Source: Gemmatimonadota bacterium
GTDB lineage: Bacteria > Gemmatimonadota > Gemmatimonadetes > Gemmatimonadales > GWC2-71-9
Direction: 5' to 3'
Assembly (NCBI GenBank): GCA_039586365.1
Contig: JBDHKN010000040.1
Location: 1-61,780 of the forward strand
Length of the DNA: 61,780 nucleotides
The notes under the pieces are model-generated. The model ran no database searches. It saw only the letters and a program-made list of their open reading frames with translations, and was not told the DNA's origin. Made by a program: the position numbers and the translations under genes. Each line of letters starts with the position of its first letter. The first letter of the stretch is position 1. This document shows, in pieces, positions 9,037-22,099 of the stretch.

Positions 9037-9072
9037 GTGGAGAAGTCTGTGGAAAAGTTCGTCGAAAAGTCC
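9037..9072. repeat. Three 12-bp direct repeats, putative integrase arm-type sites
   Basis: GTGGAGAAGTCT GTGGAAAAGTTC GTCGAAAAGTCC between integrase module and tRNA. Confidence 0.65.
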
Positions 9073-9074
9073 GT

Positions 9075-9087
9075 CAACCCGTTGATA
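9075..9087 (-). promoter_or_regulatory. IHF consensus site in the att region
   Basis: Minus strand TATCAACGGGTTG matches WATCAANNNNTTR. Confidence 0.6.
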
Positions 9088-9091
9088 AGTG

Positions 9092-9117
9092 AAAAGCGGC
9101 CCCTTTCGGAGCCGCTT
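9092..9117 (-). terminator. Intrinsic terminator of the tRNA operon
   Basis: Minus strand AAGCGGCTCC-GAAA-GGGGCCGCTTTT hairpin plus short U-tract. Confidence 0.7.
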
Positions 9118-9139
9118 GTAGTTAAATCACTTAGGTCAA

Positions 9140-9214
9140 TCGGGGCGGCCGGATTTGAACCGGCGACCTCCTGCTCCCGAAGCAGGCGCGCTAACCGGGC
9201 TGCGCTACGCCCCG
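9140..9214 (-). tRNA. tRNA-Pro(CGG)
   Basis: Cloverleaf CGGGGCG...CGCCCCGA; anticodon arm CCTGC-TTCGGGA-GCAGG; GGTTCAAATCC. Confidence 0.96.
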
Positions 9215-9310
9215 AAGGAAGGGAGCTGAGAGCGGGGAGTAGGGAGCCGTTCCAGGAAAGACGGCTCTCTTGCCGACCGCTCCCGGCTCCCAGCTCTCAG
9301 CTCCCGCCAA

Positions 9311-9384
9311 TGCGCCCAGGAGGACTCGAACCCCCAGCCTTTTGGTCCGTAGCCAAACGCTCTATCCAATTGAGCTATGGGCGC
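9311..9384 (-). tRNA. tRNA-Arg(ACG)
   Basis: Anticodon arm TTTGG-CTACGGA-CCAAA; GGTTCGAGTCC. Confidence 0.96.
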
Positions 9385-9442
9385 GTGTAGGGCGGTCGGG
9401 CGGATCAGTCACCTAACGCCCTACTGCCCCCACCAACCTCAG

Positions 9443-9516
9443 TGGGCGGTACAAGACTCGAACTTGTGGCCTCTACGATGTCAACGTAGCGCTCTAACCA
9501 ACTGAGCTAACCGCCC
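9443..9516 (-). tRNA. tRNA-Val(GAC)
   Basis: Anticodon arm CTACG-TTGACAT-CGTAG. Confidence 0.96.
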
Positions 9517-9605
9517 TCTAACGCCGGAACGGCGGACCGCCGGACGGGCGGAACGTCTCACTGTACGCTTACCGCCGCTCCGTCGTGCCGCCGTTCCGCT
9601 CGTAG

Positions 9606-9679
9606 TAGCGGGGGTGGGATTTGAACCCACGACCTCCGGGTTATGAGCCCGGCGAGCTACCAGACTGCTCCACCCCGCG
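9606..9679 (-). tRNA. tRNA-Met(CAT), initiator type
   Basis: CCGGG-CTCATAA-CCCGG with three G-C pairs; C1/U72 mismatch. Confidence 0.95.
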
Positions 9680-9744
9680 CCGATTTATCGCTTTGCTCCG
9701 TGACCCCACCGTCCCTCACCGCCCAGTGCGGGAAGGGCCCTCAG

Positions 9745-9817
9745 AGCGGGAAACGGGACTCGAACCCGCGACCCCAACCTTGGCAAGGTTGTGCTCTACC
9801 AGCTGAGCTATTCCCGC
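9745..9817 (-). tRNA. tRNA-Gly(GCC)
   Basis: Anticodon arm CAACC-TTGCCAA-GGTTG. Confidence 0.96.
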
Positions 9818-9876
9818 TGGTGGGATGCGAAATTTACCACAAATGCCGGCTATCCGCTTCTGCTACCACCCACCGA

Positions 9877-9949
<73 letters not shown>

Positions 9950-9991
9950 GTTATATTAGGTGCCCCGATCGGCTATCTACCGGAACATGGC

Positions 9992-10020
9992 AAGCTAGCC
10001 GAGCGTTATTGGGGTGTCAA
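9992..10020 (-). promoter_or_regulatory. Sigma-70 promoter of the tRNA operon
   Basis: TTGACA-17 nt-TAGCTT on minus strand ~40 nt upstream of tRNA-Ala. Confidence 0.7.
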
Positions 10021-10169
10021 GCGAAGTATTGACTACGGATGAACTTAGCGAGGTGTGCGGGGTAGGGTAGGACGCCCCTCCAGCGGGACACGAGGAGCGG
10101 TAGTGAAAGTGAGACTGGCGGGAGCCGCCCCTTGCGGTAGCGGCTCCTGAGGCACATATCAGGGACGCC

Positions 10170-11063
10170 ATGGCACAAACTGGACAGAAGAGAAAACGCC
10201 GCCGCCGGGCTGCACCGGCTATCGCCGTCAATGAAGACGATCGGGACCTACTCGACCAGTATCTCTTTGAAGTGAGCAAGACTCCGCTGCTCACACCCAA
10301 GGAAGAGATAGATCTGGCCAAGAAGGTCCGTGCCGGTGACCAGGCTGCAATGCAGGAGTTGGCGAAACGGAACCTCCGCTTCGTCATCTCTGTGGCGAAG
10401 AAATATCAGAATCGGGGACTACCGCTCACCGACCTGATCGGCGAAGGGAACGTGGGACTGCTCACCGCCGCCCGTAAGTTCGATCCTGACCAAGGGGTGA
10501 AGTTCATCTCTTACGCCGTCTGGTGGATCAGGCAGGCCATCCTGGCCTCCCTGGCCCGGCAGGGCAGGACGGTCCGGGTGCCGCTCAACCGCACGGCCGA
10601 TCTGTCTAAGATCGTGAAGACGGCGGAAGCGCTACGGCAGGAGCTGCGGCGCGAGCCGACGCCCGAGGAAATATCCCGGGCAACAGGCCTTTCCCTCGAG
10701 GTGGTGCAATCGCTGGCCGCGTTGAATACCGGGGAGGTCAGACTCGACGCTCCGCTCGATCCGGATGGCGATCGGGCGTTGATCGAACGGTTCATTGCCG
10801 AGGATTTACCGGACACCGAAGAGAAGACCATGGAGCGGTTCCTGAGCGACGAGGTCGAGGAAGCGCTCAAGGCACTGCCGGCCCGCGATGCCAAGGTCCT
10901 CAAGCTCTATTTCGGTCTGGACGGTGGCCGCGAGCACACGTTGGAGGAGATTGGCGGCATGCTCGGCGTCACTCGTGAGCGGGTGCGGCAATTGCGCGAT
11001 CGGGCGCTCAAGCGGCTGCGTGAAGGCGAGGTTGGTCGGGCCTTGGCCAGTTTCGCCGCCTAG
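10170..11063 (+). CDS. RNA polymerase sigma-70 factor, RpoD/RpoS family, lacking region 1.1
   Basis: NLRFVISVAKKY, DLIGEGNVGL, KFISYAVWWIRQAI, TLEEIG...TRERVRQ. Confidence 0.95.
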   Translation: MAQTGQKRKRRRRAAPAIAVNEDDRDLLDQYLFEVSKTPLLTPKEEIDLAKKVRAGDQAAMQELAKRNLRFVISVAKKYQNRGLPLTDLIGEGNVGLLTAARKFDPDQGVKFISYAVWWIRQAILASLARQGRTVRVPLNRTADLSKIVKTAEALRQELRREPTPEEISRATGLSLEVVQSLAALNTGEVRLDAPLDPDGDRALIERFIAEDLPDTEEKTMERFLSDEVEEALKALPARDAKVLKLYFGLDGGREHTLEEIGGMLGVTRERVRQLRDRALKRLREGEVGRALASFAA

Positions 11064-11086
11064 CCGGGCGTCACGATCTGTCATTT

Positions 11087-11118
11087 GCGAGGCCAGGGCG
11101 GTTAGCGCCCTGGCCTCG
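11087..11118. terminator. Strong hairpin downstream of the sigma gene
   Basis: CGAGGCCAGGGCG-GTTAG-CGCCCTGGCCTCG. Confidence 0.55.
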
Positions 11119-11145
11119 TCGCTTGCACGCAAGTAAATTCGCCGC

Positions 11146-11907
11146 GTGTATCAAGTTGCTTCCACCAAGGTCGCCGAGTGGCTGACTGGTATCGGCCACC
11201 TGGCGCGTTTCGTTTCCGATGTCGCCCGCAGCCTGAAAGATGTGGGCACGTGGGGTGGCCTGACTGCGGTTCAGATGAGGCGCATCGGCGTCCAGTCGAT
11301 ACCCATCGCGCTGTTCATCTCTGTGTTCACCGGCATCGTTCTTGCTTTGCTGTCGTCCTATACGCTGACTGGCGCGGTGCCGCTGTACTTCGTCGGGACC
11401 TTGGTCGGGAAGGCGGTGATGATCGAGCTAGCGCCGGTACTGACGGGTCTGGCGCTGTCTGGCAGAGTGGGCGCCAACATCGCAGCGGAACTCGGTACGA
11501 TGCGGGTGACGGAACAAGTGGACGCGCTGGAGACCTTGGCCTACGATCCGCATTCCTATCTCGTGGTACCGCGGGTTCTCGCCGCCACGCTCATGTTTCC
11601 GGTGGTAGTGGCGTTGGCAATGCTCGCCGGGGTGATATCGGGCTGGCTCACCTCGCTGGCTCTGCTCGACCTCTCGACTCCGGAGTTCGTGAAGGGGCTG
11701 CGGTTGTTTTATGAGTTCAAGGATATCTGGTTCTCGCTGGTTAAGAGTGCTTCTTTCGGGTTCGCCATAGCCATGATCGGCTGCATCAAAGGCCTCAATG
11801 CCGAGGGAGGTGCTGAAGGTGTTGGTCGTACTACGATGAAGGCAGTTGTACTCGGCTCGCAGCTGATCCTGGTACTGGACGCTTTCTGGGCCGTGGTGCT
11901 GCTGTGA
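11146..11907 (+). CDS. mlaE: MlaE-family lipid ABC permease
   Basis: ELAPVLTGL..SGRVGANIAAELGTMRVTEQVDAL; GGAEGVG. Confidence 0.93.
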   Translation: MYQVASTKVAEWLTGIGHLARFVSDVARSLKDVGTWGGLTAVQMRRIGVQSIPIALFISVFTGIVLALLSSYTLTGAVPLYFVGTLVGKAVMIELAPVLTGLALSGRVGANIAAELGTMRVTEQVDALETLAYDPHSYLVVPRVLAATLMFPVVVALAMLAGVISGWLTSLALLDLSTPEFVKGLRLFYEFKDIWFSLVKSASFGFAIAMIGCIKGLNAEGGAEGVGRTTMKAVVLGSQLILVLDAFWAVVLL

Positions 11908-11950
11908 CCGGCGGCACCAGGGGTAGCAGCACTCAATCCGGTGCCAGCCG

Positions 11951-12718
11951 ATGATCTCGTTTCAGAACGTCCACAAGGCATTTGGTCCCAAGAAGGTGCT
12001 GCAGGGGTTCTCGCTCGAGATACCGGACGGGCAAACGACCGTCGTGATCGGCTACTCGGGAACCGGGAAGAGCGTCGCACTCAAGCACGTCGTGGGTCTC
12101 CTGGAGCCCGACTCCGGCGTGGTGGAAGTCGATGGGGTGGCGGTCCACGAATTGGATCGACGCGAACTCGTCTCGCTCCGGTCGGCGATTGGATTCGTAT
12201 TCCAGTTCGCGGCGCTGTTCGATTCGATGACGGTACGCGAGAACCTCACCTTGGGACTCAAGCGGCAGAATGTGGCGCCGCTGGAGATCGAACAACGCAT
12301 CCGTGAGTCGCTGGAGTTGGTGGATATGGAGGGCACGGAGAACCGCTACCCCATAGAACTCTCGGGAGGCATGCGTAAGCGGGTCGGCATTGCACGTGCA
12401 ATTGCGCTGCGGCCGCGCTATATCCTATACGACGAGCCAACCTCCGGTCTGGATCCTGTAACGTCGGCTGTGATCAACCAGCTGATGGTGCGGGCCCGTG
12501 AGAAACTGGGCGTGACCGGCTTGGTTGTGACACACGACATGGCCAGTGCGTATACCGTGGGTGACCGAATAGCGATGTTGTACCACGGCGCGATCAGACA
12601 GGTGGGCACGGTGGATCAGATCCAGCGTACGCACGATCCGATAGTGAGGCAATTCATCGAGGGAAGGCCGGAGGCAGCCTCAGATGCCGAAGGCGCAACT
12701 ACGCAGGTGGTCTCATGA
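11951..12718 (+). CDS. mlaF: MlaF-family ABC ATPase
   Basis: GYSGTGKS, LSGGMRKRVGIARA, YDEPTSGLDP. Confidence 0.93.
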   Translation: MISFQNVHKAFGPKKVLQGFSLEIPDGQTTVVIGYSGTGKSVALKHVVGLLEPDSGVVEVDGVAVHELDRRELVSLRSAIGFVFQFAALFDSMTVRENLTLGLKRQNVAPLEIEQRIRESLELVDMEGTENRYPIELSGGMRKRVGIARAIALRPRYILYDEPTSGLDPVTSAVINQLMVRAREKLGVTGLVVTHDMASAYTVGDRIAMLYHGAIRQVGTVDQIQRTHDPIVRQFIEGRPEAASDAEGATTQVVS

Positions 12719-13719
12719 AGCGACGTGACGAGCTGATCGTCGGAGCTACGATCCTGTTTACCATTGTGGTGGTCGTGATAGGGGCCGTGTGGCTGTCGCA
12801 AACCCGGTTGGCGGCGGGCTCCGCGCACACGGCCCGGTTCCGGACGGTGGGCGGGTTGGGCGTCGGCAATCCGGTGGTGTTCCGAGGAGTGAGGGTCGGC
12901 CGCATCCGAGAGATCCGCATTGCCGAAAGCGACTGGGTCGAGGCGGACCTGCAGATTTATGTGGGTGTCACGGTCCCACCGGACCCGGCCGTGGTGGCGG
13001 CATCCGCGTCGCTGTTCGGTGAGTGGCAAGCTGAGATCATCAGCCTCGAGCAACCGCACGAAGACCCCCTCGTACGGCGGGAACTGGCGGAGGCTGGGGC
13101 CGAAGGGGGTGATGTATGGCCCGGCGCCACGCTGCCCGATATCGGTCAGTTGACAGCGCAAGGCGCACGGATCGCCAGCAACATAGAGACAGTCTCCGAC
13201 CGCATTCAGACCGCCTTCGACGAGAGTACCGTGCGGGACATGCAGCGCTCAATACGCGACTTCAGCGAGATGGCTGATACCCTCACACGGTTCACCGAGC
13301 ATCAGACGGTGGTCTTGGGCGAGGTTTCAGACAACATTCGCAGTGGATCGAACGTGGTGACCGATGCGGCAATCAGCCTCGAGCGGGCGCTCAGCCGGCT
13401 CGATTCGGCAACAGCGGACGGGGAACTCGATTCGATCGTCACCAATCTCCAGGCGGCGACGACTCAGATGCGCAGTTCGGTGGGACACTTCCTCAGTCTG
13501 ATGGAGGCGGCGCAGCAGAACCAGGAGAGCCTGGTGCGAATGCTGGTGGGGGCCGACTCGGTGATGACCCGGATGCAGAACATGACCGGGACCTTGGGAC
13601 TGCTGGTGGGTGATTCGACCTTGTATACGGAGACGGCGGAGGTGATGGCCGAGCTGCGCGCTCTGATCGCCGACGTCAAGGCCAATCCTAGGAAGTACTT
13701 CAAGTTCTCGGTCTTCTAG
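12715..13719 (+). CDS. mlaD: MlaD/MCE-family protein
   Basis: N-terminal TM; GLGVGNPVVFRGVRVGRI; helical C-terminus ending ANPRKY. Confidence 0.9.
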   Translation: MKRRDELIVGATILFTIVVVVIGAVWLSQTRLAAGSAHTARFRTVGGLGVGNPVVFRGVRVGRIREIRIAESDWVEADLQIYVGVTVPPDPAVVAASASLFGEWQAEIISLEQPHEDPLVRRELAEAGAEGGDVWPGATLPDIGQLTAQGARIASNIETVSDRIQTAFDESTVRDMQRSIRDFSEMADTLTRFTEHQTVVLGEVSDNIRSGSNVVTDAAISLERALSRLDSATADGELDSIVTNLQAATTQMRSSVGHFLSLMEAAQQNQESLVRMLVGADSVMTRMQNMTGTLGLLVGDSTLYTETAEVMAELRALIADVKANPRKYFKFSVF

Positions 13720-13720
13720 A

Positions 13721-14182
13721 GTGAGGCGGCGCGAGAAACCCAAGCGTGAGACAAGTGCGGGTGGGGTGGTTTTCCGGCTCACACCGGAAGGGCCGAAGTT
13801 CCTCCTTATCAAGGACGCATACCATAAGTGGGGCCTCCCCAAAGGTCATCTCGATCGCGGTGAGGTCCCCGAGGCCGCGGCCCGGCGGGAAGTGGGGGAG
13901 GAAACGGGCTTGCAGGACTTGGTCATGCATCGCCCGCTCGGCATGATCGATTGGTACTTCCGGTTTCAGGGCCGATTGATCCACAAGTTCTGCCACTTCT
14001 TCCTGTGCGAAGCAGCCACCGGCACACCGGTCCCTCAGGCCGAAGAGGGGATTTCACAGTGTTGCTGGTACTCGTACTCGGATGCAGTGCAGACCATTTC
14101 CTACGAGAACGCCCGGCAGATCCTGCGACAGGCCGGGGAGGCCTTGGAGCAGATCAAGGCTGACGCGAAGCAGGACACATGA
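13721..14182 (+). CDS. NUDIX hydrolase (Ap4A hydrolase-like)
   Basis: SAGGVV; PKGHLDRGE...AARREVGEETG. Confidence 0.9.
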   Translation: MRRREKPKRETSAGGVVFRLTPEGPKFLLIKDAYHKWGLPKGHLDRGEVPEAAARREVGEETGLQDLVMHRPLGMIDWYFRFQGRLIHKFCHFFLCEAATGTPVPQAEEGISQCCWYSYSDAVQTISYENARQILRQAGEALEQIKADAKQDT

Positions 14183-14235
14183 AGTGTCGGGCCATGGTCA
14201 CTCCCGGCACACGGCATTGATGTGAGGCGGGACAG

Positions 14236-15018
14236 ATGAAGGCTCGGGCTGCGGTTATACCGATCCTACATCGCACCTCGGCGGTTCCCAGCGCCATCAG
14301 GCGGAGCACCCTGCGCCGGTCGACCAGGGTGCTGCTATGCCGGTCCAGCGAACGGCTGCTGCACCTGCTGCGGCATGAACTGGTAGACGCCGTCGTGGTG
14401 GATGTCCGGACCTATGGAACAGATCTAGCTGCTAGCCTGACCCGATCCCACCCTGCCGTCCCGCTGTTCGCCATGGCTGCGTTTCGGCCCGACGACGGCG
14501 CTCTCATCGCTGAGTGCAAGCGGGCTGGTTTCACGGGGTTGTTGGTCGAGGGTGTGGATGATGCGGTCGCTGGCGAGTTAATCGCTGCGAGATCAGCCAG
14601 TAGGTTGCGCCGGCTACAGCTGGCCGGTGCCCCCCGGCGGCTGCGGTTGACGGAGCCACTCCAGGCCAGCGCGTGGGAGGAGGTCCTCACCAGGGTCGGC
14701 AGGCCCACGCGGACTTCAGAAATAGCGCAGCAGCTGCGCGTCACGCGGGAACACCTCTCGCGCGAGTTCGCCGCTGGTGGTGCGCCCAATCTCAAGCGGG
14801 TGATCGACCTGGTGAGAGTGGCGTGGGCGGCGGATCTGTTGCGGAATCCCGGCTATGACGTGCACACCGTTGCTGAGATCTTGCAGTACTCCTCTGCCAG
14901 CCATCTGGCTGGAAGTGCACGGCGGGTGGCAGGTGTCTCCCCGGCGGAGCTTGGTGGGCTCGGCACCCGCGGCGTCCTGCAGCGGTTTGTGCGTGGGCGG
15001 ATGAGGTCGCGACTGTAG
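14236..15018 (+). CDS. AraC-type HTH regulator with a receiver-like N-terminus
   Basis: TREHLSREF and VAEILQYSSASHL double HTH. Confidence 0.75.
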   Translation: MKARAAVIPILHRTSAVPSAIRRSTLRRSTRVLLCRSSERLLHLLRHELVDAVVVDVRTYGTDLAASLTRSHPAVPLFAMAAFRPDDGALIAECKRAGFTGLLVEGVDDAVAGELIAARSASRLRRLQLAGAPRRLRLTEPLQASAWEEVLTRVGRPTRTSEIAQQLRVTREHLSREFAAGGAPNLKRVIDLVRVAWAADLLRNPGYDVHTVAEILQYSSASHLAGSARRVAGVSPAELGGLGTRGVLQRFVRGRMRSRL

Positions 15019-15175
15019 GTTTCCGGGGGTGCGCTCCCAACCGGCCGACCGCGTTTGCGTGGCCGGATGCGGTACCGCCCGCATCGGGGGTGCAGCTAGA
15101 GTGCCATTCGTGATATTTTTCACATTCTTTGTTCGCTGACATTTCCAGTGGAGTTTCGGGGAACCTGATACGACT

Positions 15176-16711
<1,536 letters not shown>

Positions 16712-16716
16712 ATCCG

Positions 16717-19042
<2,326 letters not shown>

Positions 19043-19043
<1 letters not shown>

Positions 19044-19303
19044 TGCGCGTCACTATCATTTCACCGGAAAAGGCCATATTTGACGGCGATTGCACAGCGG
19101 TCGTGGCGCCGGCCTACGACGGGGAGGTGGGTATCCTACCTCGTCACGCCCCGTTCATGACCCTGTTGGGGGAGGGAAGACTTACCGTGCGTCAGGGAGA
19201 TGCCAATAGCTTCTTTCGGGTGCGCGGGGGGTTTCTCCAGGTGGTAGATAACGTGGTAAACGTCGTGGCTGAGTATGCGGAAGGAGAAGCTGATGCAGCG
19301 TAG
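19043..19303 (+). CDS. atpC: ATP synthase F1 subunit epsilon (short, N-terminal domain only)
   Basis: GEVGILPRHAP; GGFLQV; position after atpD. Confidence 0.93.
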
Positions 19304-19889
19304 CGCAGTCGTAGTAGCCATCCTCAGTTTCGTGGCAGCGGGCTCTGGCCTCGCGCAGACGACCTTGACGCCATACTACAACGCACCCTACCGTGCGTTT
19401 TGGCAGCATGAGTTCGGCGGCACAGTGAGTTTTCTTCCCGACGGGGGAACCGGATTCGAGGGCCTGTACGGTTTCGGTACGGGCCGCATCGACATCGGGC
19501 TGCGGGGTGGCATCCGCGATGCGGGCGACCTCGCTGATGCAGAATTCGTTGCCGGTGTGCAGGGTCGCGGGATGTTCCTGCAACACAACGAAGAATTCCC
19601 GCTCGACGGATCGCTCGTGGTTGGGTTTGGCACGATTGGGTTCGACTCCTTCCAGTTTCCCGCCGGGGTTAGCTTCGGCCGGCGGATCGACATCGAGAAT
19701 TCGGAAGTCAGCATCGTGCCCTACGGTCAGCCGACTCTCATTCTGGTCGCCAATGACGCTGATACCGATGTCCACTTCACGCTTGGCTTGGGTGCGGACT
19801 TCCGGGTGAGTCGGGTGCTCGACCTCCGGTTGGGGGTTGGGCTGGGAGACCTCGAAGGAGTGTCTGTGAGCGCCGTGTGGGTGCGCTAG
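19293..19889 (+). CDS. Putative small outer-membrane beta-barrel protein
   Basis: Signal peptide; Gly/aromatic alternating strands; terminal strand VSVSAVWVR; AAGGAG RBS. Confidence 0.65.
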   Translation: MQRSAVVVAILSFVAAGSGLAQTTLTPYYNAPYRAFWQHEFGGTVSFLPDGGTGFEGLYGFGTGRIDIGLRGGIRDAGDLADAEFVAGVQGRGMFLQHNEEFPLDGSLVVGFGTIGFDSFQFPAGVSFGRRIDIENSEVSIVPYGQPTLILVANDADTDVHFTLGLGADFRVSRVLDLRLGVGLGDLEGVSVSAVWVR

Positions 19890-20056
19890 GAACTTCGCAG
19901 CGCCAGCCCGGGTACCCCGTTTGGTGCGCCGGCTTCGCCATTGACCGAGAGACTAGCCGTTTCCATTCGTGAGTGGGTTCAGGCTTCAAGAAAGCCCCGT
20001 GGGCGTCTGGGAGGGACGCTCTCGCGGTATCTTCTCACCACTACAGGAGCAAGACA

Positions 20057-20734
20057 ATGAACCAGTTATTGGGTGGCATTGCCGTTGTTGCACTGGCACT
20101 CAGTTTCGCAGCCAGCTCAGCGACGGCACAGAATCTCTTCGGTAACCCGAACTACGCCAATACGAACGGACCGGGAGTCGTGCTGAAGGGGTTCTACGGT
20201 CGAGGGACCAACGTCGATGCTGACAAGTCCAACTTCTTCGGCGGCTCCATTGGGGTGAATCTCCCAGCTTTCGGGTTCTGGGCTGGGGCAGGATCGGTGA
20301 AGCCTGAGGACTTCGACGGGGAGGTCGTCTTCGGAGGTGGTGTGAGCGTCCAAGTTCCTATGCCCCCGATGTCGCCCGTCATGGTGGGTCTCGAGGGTGG
20401 GGCCAGTTTCCTGGACGAGGACGGGGATAAGGCTCTGATAGTACCGCTAGGAGCGGTGCTCGGCATCAATGTTCCCAGCCCGGCGGTTGACGTCGTACCG
20501 TGGGTCAAGCCCCGGATCGAGATCCAGCGGTTCAGTAACGGCGAGTCCACCACTGAGGTCGGGTTCGGCGCCTCGGGCGGTATCAGCATTACGCTGCCGA
20601 CCGGTCTCGGCTTCCACGCCGCGGTCGACTGGATGACCATCGACGATGGCCTAGGGGTGGTCAAGCCCATCTACGTGGGTGCGGGCGTACACTACAACAT
20701 CTCGGTCCCGAGTCTGGGAGTGCCGGGGATGTAA
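20057..20734 (+). CDS. Putative small outer-membrane beta-barrel protein
   Basis: AGGAG RBS; signal peptide; amphipathic strands (YVGAGVHY). Confidence 0.65.
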   Translation: MNQLLGGIAVVALALSFAASSATAQNLFGNPNYANTNGPGVVLKGFYGRGTNVDADKSNFFGGSIGVNLPAFGFWAGAGSVKPEDFDGEVVFGGGVSVQVPMPPMSPVMVGLEGGASFLDEDGDKALIVPLGAVLGINVPSPAVDVVPWVKPRIEIQRFSNGESTTEVGFGASGGISITLPTGLGFHAAVDWMTIDDGLGVVKPIYVGAGVHYNISVPSLGVPGM

Positions 20735-20746
20735 GTCGGACTGCGG

Positions 20747-22072
20747 TCACGATGCAGTCGAGCGGGACACCCTTGTGGTGCCCCGCTTTCTTTCTACCCA
20801 GGTGGTCTGGGGCCAGGCGATCCTCACCAGCGCGCTGGCCGTGGCCAGAGCAGCCCCCTGTTGTAGGGCTCGTCGGGCATTGAGGCCGGACTGGATCCGG
20901 ATCTCGGGCCGCCTCAGCCAGTCTTCCCAGATCGTGGCGCAGGCCTCGCTGGACATCTTCGCAGGCAGTGAGACCGCTCCCCCGCCCTGCAACAATCGCT
21001 GAGCGTCTGTGGATGAACGATGTTTGGGACCAACGATGACTGGAATGCCGAGCGCGGCAGGCTCGGCCACGGCGTGCAGTTGCCCGGCGTGGAACCCTCC
21101 ACCCACGTAGGCCAGCTGTGCCATCAGGTATACGTCAGCTAGCAGGCCCAGCGCGGCGGCGACGACGCCGGAAGTTCCGGCGCTGATCTCACCGCCAAGC
21201 CATACCGCTAGCCGGATCTTGTATCGTGCAGCGAGTTTCACCAGAGCTGCTATGCTCCGCCGGCTCGGATCGTGGGGAACCAGGATCAAGCCCGCCGAGC
21301 GGTGTGAGCGGGATACTCTGGAAAAGGCCTCGAGTAAGACGCGCCCGTCAACCCGGTCGACACTCCCGGCAACCAACACCTCCCTGTTCCGGGCCCAAGC
21401 TACCAGCGCTTGGATCGCGCCGAGTCGCGGAACGCGCTCCACGATCTGATCGTGTCTGGGATCTCCTGTGACAATGACCGCTTCGTGGGGCACTCCCAGT
21501 CGTATCCACCGGTCGGAATCGGCCTCGGAAGCTGCGCCGACCCAGCAGAGTCCCCGGTGCATGGTCCCCAGCAGCGACCGTGCAGGCCAGCTGAGGCGCC
21601 GGGAGGACGGCTTCACGGTGCCACCGATGACCGCCACGGGTATGTCGGCGGCCTGCGCCTGGATCACCAATTCGGGCCAGAGATCACCCCGTGAGAACAC
21701 GAGCAGGGAAGGGTTGAGTGCTCTCAGGACCCGCGCGACGTGAGTGGGTTCGTCTGGCGGCACGTAGTCGGATCGGTCGGTTCCGAACCCTTGCGGCCAC
21801 GACTCCGCCGAGGGTGATGAGAAGGTGTGTACCGTCTGGAGTCCGGGAACGGCAGATTTCACTCTGGCTACCACAGGTTGTGCAGTGAGACCCTCACCTA
21901 CCGACGCGCCGTGAACCCAAAGGAGCGGCCCGTTCGTACGCTGTGTTGAGGCCCATTGGAGCCAGCGCTCCGTGGCGCGGGACCTGCCGCGCAGGCTGTC
22001 GGCGAGCTTGCCGCGCGTCAGCGGCAGCCTCAGGGCCAATCGGGATGTGAGGCGATAGAGGAGGTGAGACAT
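20747..22072 (-). CDS. waaA: Kdo transferase
   Basis: WVHGASVGE; TGDPRHD; LVPH; AYVGG; EPAALG. Confidence 0.88.
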   Translation of the reverse strand: MSHLLYRLTSRLALRLPLTRGKLADSLRGRSRATERWLQWASTQRTNGPLLWVHGASVGEGLTAQPVVARVKSAVPGLQTVHTFSSPSAESWPQGFGTDRSDYVPPDEPTHVARVLRALNPSLLVFSRGDLWPELVIQAQAADIPVAVIGGTVKPSSRRLSWPARSLLGTMHRGLCWVGAASEADSDRWIRLGVPHEAVIVTGDPRHDQIVERVPRLGAIQALVAWARNREVLVAGSVDRVDGRVLLEAFSRVSRSHRSAGLILVPHDPSRRSIAALVKLAARYKIRLAVWLGGEISAGTSGVVAAALGLLADVYLMAQLAYVGGGFHAGQLHAVAEPAALGIPVIVGPKHRSSTDAQRLLQGGGAVSLPAKMSSEACATIWEDWLRRPEIRIQSGLNARRALQQGAALATASALVRIAWPQTTWVERKRGTTRVSRSTAS

Positions 22073-22099
22073 ACTCACGAATGTGCTAGGTTTTGACAC

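Larger units (their letters stand above)
1..9139 (+). mobile_element. Prophage / integrative element, right-hand part (left end outside window), inserted at the 3' end of tRNA-Pro
   Basis: Co-oriented, tightly packed phage-type recombination and replication genes (RecT-like, initiator, Prim-Pol-helicase, Gp37/68, RusA) end in xis-like + tyrosine integrase next to a tRNA 3' end. Confidence 0.88.

Noticed and set aside
9037..9605. Possible CRISPR array from the repeats near the tRNAs
   Set aside because: Units are 7-12 nt, tandem or inverted, with no spacers and no cas genes
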